Below the pieces are notes generated by a model that did not search any database, was not told where the DNA came from, and saw only the letters and a list, made by a program, of their open reading frames with translations. From the NCBI RefSeq assembly GCF_009914755.1, contig NC_060937.1: DNA of 64,000 nucleotides. The stretch is one strand, 5' to 3'. The DNA comes from the human T2T-CHM13v2.0 reference genome, Homo sapiens. This document shows, piece by piece, positions 59,731 through 64,000 of this stretch (positions are counted from its first letter, which is position 1; every line of letters starts with the position of its first letter). The translations under genes were made by a program, and so were the position numbers.

Positions 59731-60625
59731 TGGGCTGGCTTTGAACCCACGTTGTCTGAATCTGGAGCACAGGCTCTTGACCAATGCACCTGTCCTCACA
59801 CTGTGCTGTTTGCACACTCGTTAACAGTGTGTCCTGGAGACTTTTTCATGGAAGGATATGTGGATACTCATTATTTTTAACAGCCACATCAGAATTTATG
59901 GATCTACTACAGTGTATTTAGTTCATTTACACTGTTTTCAGCTTTTTCTTCATGTTAACATCAGTGGTGTCCTGAATCTGTGTGTTTTGTGCACTCTTTT
60001 GGGTGAAGTTCCATTGCTGAATCAGAGTAAGGACGTTTAAATTTTTGAGAGATGCCCCCAGATTTCTCCCTAGTGTACCACGGTTTGCTTTCCCATGGGT
60101 GGGGACACCCTTCTGCGCTGGGTGCTCTGATGCTGCAAACCTTTCTAGGAGACCCATGTAACATTGCATTTTCCAGGGTTTGAATATTCACTTTTGAGTA
60201 CTATTTGCAAATACATTAAAAGAAAACACAGAAACAGATGAAAATGTCAGATTGTTGCCAAATACTGCAACATGAAATCAGAAACTGATCTAAAATCTGA
60301 ATTAGCAAAAGCCTGCCAGTTTTAACAGTAAAGCCAAACTCAGGGCAAGCAGACAAAGAATTTTTATTGTTAATAAAGGGAATAATAAACTTCCATGAAG
60401 TCTCAGGTACCTGCCTCCCTGGAAGGGGCTTCAGGACACACTGCTAATGCTCGGACCAGTGTCAGAGCCAAATACACACTTTCCTATGGCTGGAATGTGC
60501 GTCATAAACAGGCTGAAATGAGCACTTTGTTAGGCGAGCAGCTAATGCTTTGTCAGCTTTCAAATTTCATTTAATATACACGGCTTTAGTTTTCAATACT
60601 TTAAATTATTCTTAGCATGTATTTT

Positions 60626-62043
60626 TATGTCCAGAATTGCTGGGTTCTTGGTCTCACTGACTTCAAGAATGAAGCCGTGGACCCTCGCGGTGAGTGTTAC
60701 AGCTCTTAAGGCAGCGCGTCTGGAGTTGTTCGTTCCTCCCGGTGGGCTCGTGGTCTCGCTGGCTTCAGGAGTGAAGCTGCAGATCTTCGCGGTGACTGTT
60801 ACAGCTCATAAAAGCAGTGTGGACCCAAAGAGTGAGCAGTAGCAAGATTTATTGCAAAGAGCGAAAGAACAAAGTTTCCACAGCGTGGAAGGGGACCCGA
60901 GTGGGTTACCAATGCTGGCTCGGGCAGCCTGCTTTTATTCTCTTATCCGGCCCCACCCACATCCTGCTGATTGGTAGAGCCGAGTGGCCTGTTTTGTCAG
61001 GGCACTGATTGGTGTGTTTACAATCCCTGAGCTAGACACAAAGGTTCTCCACGTCCCCATCAGATTAGTTAGATACAGAGTTTCGACACACAGGTTCTCC
61101 AAGGCCCCACCAGAGCATCTAGATACAGAGTGTCGATAGGTGCACTCACAAACCCTGAGTTAGACACAGAGTGCTGATTGGTGTATTTACAAACCTTGAG
61201 CTAGATACAGAGTGCCGATTGGTGTATTTACAATCCCTGAGCTAGACATAAAGGTTCTCCAAGGCCCCACCAGAGCAGCTAGATACAGAGTGTCGATTGG
61301 TGCATTCACAAACCCTGAGCTAGACACAGGGTGCTGATTGGTGTGTTTACAATCCCTGAGCTAGATATAAAGACTCTCCACATCCCCACCAGACTCAGGA
61401 GCCCAGCTGGCTTCACCCAGTGGATCCCGCACCAGGGCTGCAGGTGGAGCTGCCTGCCAGTCCTGCGCCGTGCGTTCGCATTCCTCAGCCCTTGGGTGGT
61501 CGATGGGACTGGGTGCCGTGGAGCAGGGGGTGGTGCTCGTCGGGGAGGCTCGGGCCGCACAGGAGCCCATGGAGGGGGTGGGAGGCTCAGGCATGGCGGG
61601 CTGCAGGTCCCGAGCCCTGCCCGGCGGGAAGGCAGCTAAGGCCCGGTGAGAAATTGAGCGCAGTGCCGGTGGGCTGGCACTGCTGCAGGACCCAGTACAC
61701 CCTCCGCAGCCGCTGGCCCGGGTGCTAAGTCCCTCATTGCCCCGGGCCAGCAGGGCTGGCCGGCTGCTCCGAGTGCGGGGCCCGCCAAGCCCACGCCCAC
61801 CCGGAACTCCAGCTGGCCCGCAAGCGCTGCAGGCAGCCCCAGTTCCCGCTCGCGCCTCTCCCTCCACACCTCCCTGCAAGCTGAGGGAGTGGGCTCCAGC
61901 CTTGGCCAGCCCAGAAAGGGGCTCCCACAGTGCAGTGGCGGGCTGAAGGGCTCCTCAAGTGCCGCCAAAGTGGGAGCCCAGGCAGAGGAGGTGCTGAGAG
62001 CAAGCGAGGGCTCTGAGGACTGCCAGCATGCTGTCACCTCTCA
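60626..62043 (-). mobile_element. LTR12C-type (ERV9) solo LTR, antisense in NAXD intron 5
   Basis: The minus strand starts tgagaggtgacagcatgctggcagtcctc...; CpG-rich U3; tandem CCAAT/GATA repeat units (gctgattggtg...tttacaa..cctgagctagatacagag); ends ...gaacccagcaattctggacata; tttt flanks. Confidence 0.93.
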
Positions 62044-62655
62044 TTTTGTTTAATGTTTTCTATTTTAATGTTTTGTATTATCAGGTGTCTATCAAGTCAG
62101 GATCACTTTACATGCTACTGCAGTGTATAATCTTGTCACAATGTATTATAATAAAAACCACCAAATATTACATATATGTGTGTGTATCTATACATGTAGT
62201 TTTTTTTTTTAATAGAAAACCTTTGAAACCTTCACTGTAATCCTATCAGGGAAAAATGATTCCCTGTTTATTATTGTTGTTATTTTAAAACATGTAAGTA
62301 AAGTGATATGAAAAATACATAATGACTAATGATTTGGGGAATTCTCAGGAATTCAGATTTCCTGCCTCCGAATGCTGCGTATTAGTATCTGTTGGAGAAC
62401 TGGATGCCCTCGCTGGGGCGGGGGCTGTCTTCATGGGTTAGCCTAGGAGCCCAGCTGTTGTTCATAGCGTTTCCAGTGGGCTTCGCCTTTCAGAGTTCCC
62501 AGTGTCCTGCCTTGTTTACGGGCTCTGCGAGTTCATTGGGTCTTTCTGCTTCTCTATTTTATTCATTTACTTGATTATTTTCCATTTATTGTTTGATGGC
62601 CTGATGTTGCATTTTATTAAGAGTCTGCTCAATTTTCTTTCACTCTTGGGAAAAG

Positions 62656-62946
62656 TGTCTTAGTCGGTTTTGCGCTGCTGTAGCCGTACCACAGACTGGG
62701 TAATTGATAATGAACAGGCGTTTACTGGCTCACAGTTCTGAAGGTGGATGTCCAACATCAAGGTGCCGGCATCTGGCGAGGGCAGAAGGGCAGGAGAGAG
62801 ACCCTTATGCCTCTTTTAAAGGTCATTAAACCAACCCATGAGGACACTGCCACATCACCTTTTAAAGGCCCCACCTCCCAGGACCCTTCCCTTGGCAATT
62901 AAGTTTCACCATGAGTTTTGAGAAGACACATACCCACACCATAGCA
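62656..62946 (-). mobile_element. MaLR LTR (MST/MLT1A-like)
   Basis: tgtcttagtc...taccacagactgggtaatt...ggctcacagttctg...ccatagca. Confidence 0.7.
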
Positions 62947-62984
62947 GCAGGCATGGTGCTCAGTCTGGTTTTCTCTTCTGGCAG

Positions 62985-63035
62985 GGCATTTTGGAAGTGT
63001 CAAAGGCCAGGGACATCCCTGTTGTCATCGACGCG
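62985..63035 (+). CDS. NAXD: NAXD exon 6
   Basis: ttctcttctggcag|GGC ATT..., encoding GILEVSKARDIPVVIDA; donor GCG|gtgagt. Confidence 0.97.
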
Positions 63036-63111
63036 GTGAGTTGACTTCTCTCCTCCTGGCTCGGACTCCCGGAAGGCCTGTGCAGTGAGCACGGCTCCTT
63101 GTTCTGTGCAG

Positions 63112-63216
63112 GATGGCCTGTGGCTGGTCGCTCAGCAGCCGGCCCTCATCCATGGCTACCGGAAGGCTGTGCTCACTCCCAACCACGTGGAGTTCAGCAG
63201 ACTGTATGACGCTGTG
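63112..63216 (+). CDS. NAXD: NAXD exon 7
   Basis: gttctgtgcag|GAT GGC CTG..., encoding [35 protein letters not shown] (DADG and LTPN..EF motifs); donor GTG|gtgagt. Confidence 0.97.
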
Positions 63217-63907
63217 GTGAGTCAGTGGACCCCCTGGAGGGTAGATGCAAGCCCTGTTCGTCCTGAAGAGGGTGAAGGACGAGCTCCATGCTTCTGCCCA
63301 GCCTGTCCCTGTGGACACACCTGCAAGTAATCGCTGTGCCTCTCCCAGCGGATGGCGCGTCTTCCCATTAATGCGCTTGGATTGGATGAACGATGGCGTA
63401 GTGGGCTTGGGACAGGCAGGGACTCGGGTCAGTCAGTCCCTCCTGCAGTGCACTCTGGACAGGTCACTTTGTCTGTGTCCTGAGTGCCTCATCTGTAATG
63501 TGATGATGGCATCAGCTTCACGGGGTTGTGAGGATGAGATGAGGAAACCTATGTAAAGCCGTGAGTCCCCACATGGTAAGTGTCCCATCAATGTTAGTGC
63601 CCAGTACGACTGGAATTTGTATTACTCCTGCAAAGCTCTCAGAATCCAGTCTTGGGTGGTCCTCCTTCAGCCTGCTCTGATGAGGTAGAGGATGGGCACT
63701 GGAGCAGGCACCGTGTCAGCACCTGCTCGGAGGACTCACTGCAGGTGATATCCTGGGCATCCTCCCACCTACATGGCCTTTAACAGGTGCCTGGGTGATC
63801 CCTTTAGACACGAGAGCATGAGTCTCATGGCGGATGGGACAGGGCTATCTGTCGTCGTGTGTCTGAGGAAGACTTTGCTTTTTCTCTGTCTTCCTGTGTT
63901 GTCATAG

Positions 63908-64000
63908 CTCAGAGGCCCTATGGACAGCGATGACAGCCATGGATCTGTGCTAAGACTCAGCCAAGCCCTGGGCAACGTGACGGTGGTCCAGAAAGGAGAG
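63908..64000 (+). CDS. NAXD: NAXD exon 8 (truncated by the window end)
   Basis: gtcatag|CTC AGA GGC..., encoding LRGPMDSDDSHGSVLRLSQALGNVTVVQKGE. Confidence 0.95.

Noticed and set aside
60965-61400. Regularly spaced repeats with variable intervening sequence (CRISPR-like appearance)
   Set aside because: Known tandem enhancer subunits of the LTR12 U3 region; eukaryotic context with no cas genes.

Overview
Human-type genomic DNA (it carries an AluYb8 and an SVA), consistent with the 13q34 interval upstream of and including most of NAXD (CARKD, ATP-dependent NAD(P)HX dehydratase). Positions 1-43.6 kb are repeat-dense: Alus, old L1s, MaLR and ERV1 LTRs, and a MER4-group ERV internal region with a nested Hsmar1, an SVA with an apparent 3' transduction and an env remnant. 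A CpG island at about 43.9-45.1 kb holds two alternative first coding exons of NAXD (mitochondrial-type and signal-peptide-type), followed by exons 2-8 on the + strand; exon 8 runs off the window. The most notable unexplained structure is a chain of at least seven short minus-strand segments at about 26-30.2 kb, flanked by splice-like signals, that join in one phase-consistent frame with three stop codons, suggesting a decayed multi-exon gene head-to-head with NAXD. Also notable are a nested MER41/LTR12/AluY stack with an intact GAS motif about 1.2 kb upstream of NAXD, and an antisense LTR12C in intron 5. Repeat families were recognised by eye and their boundaries are approximate.
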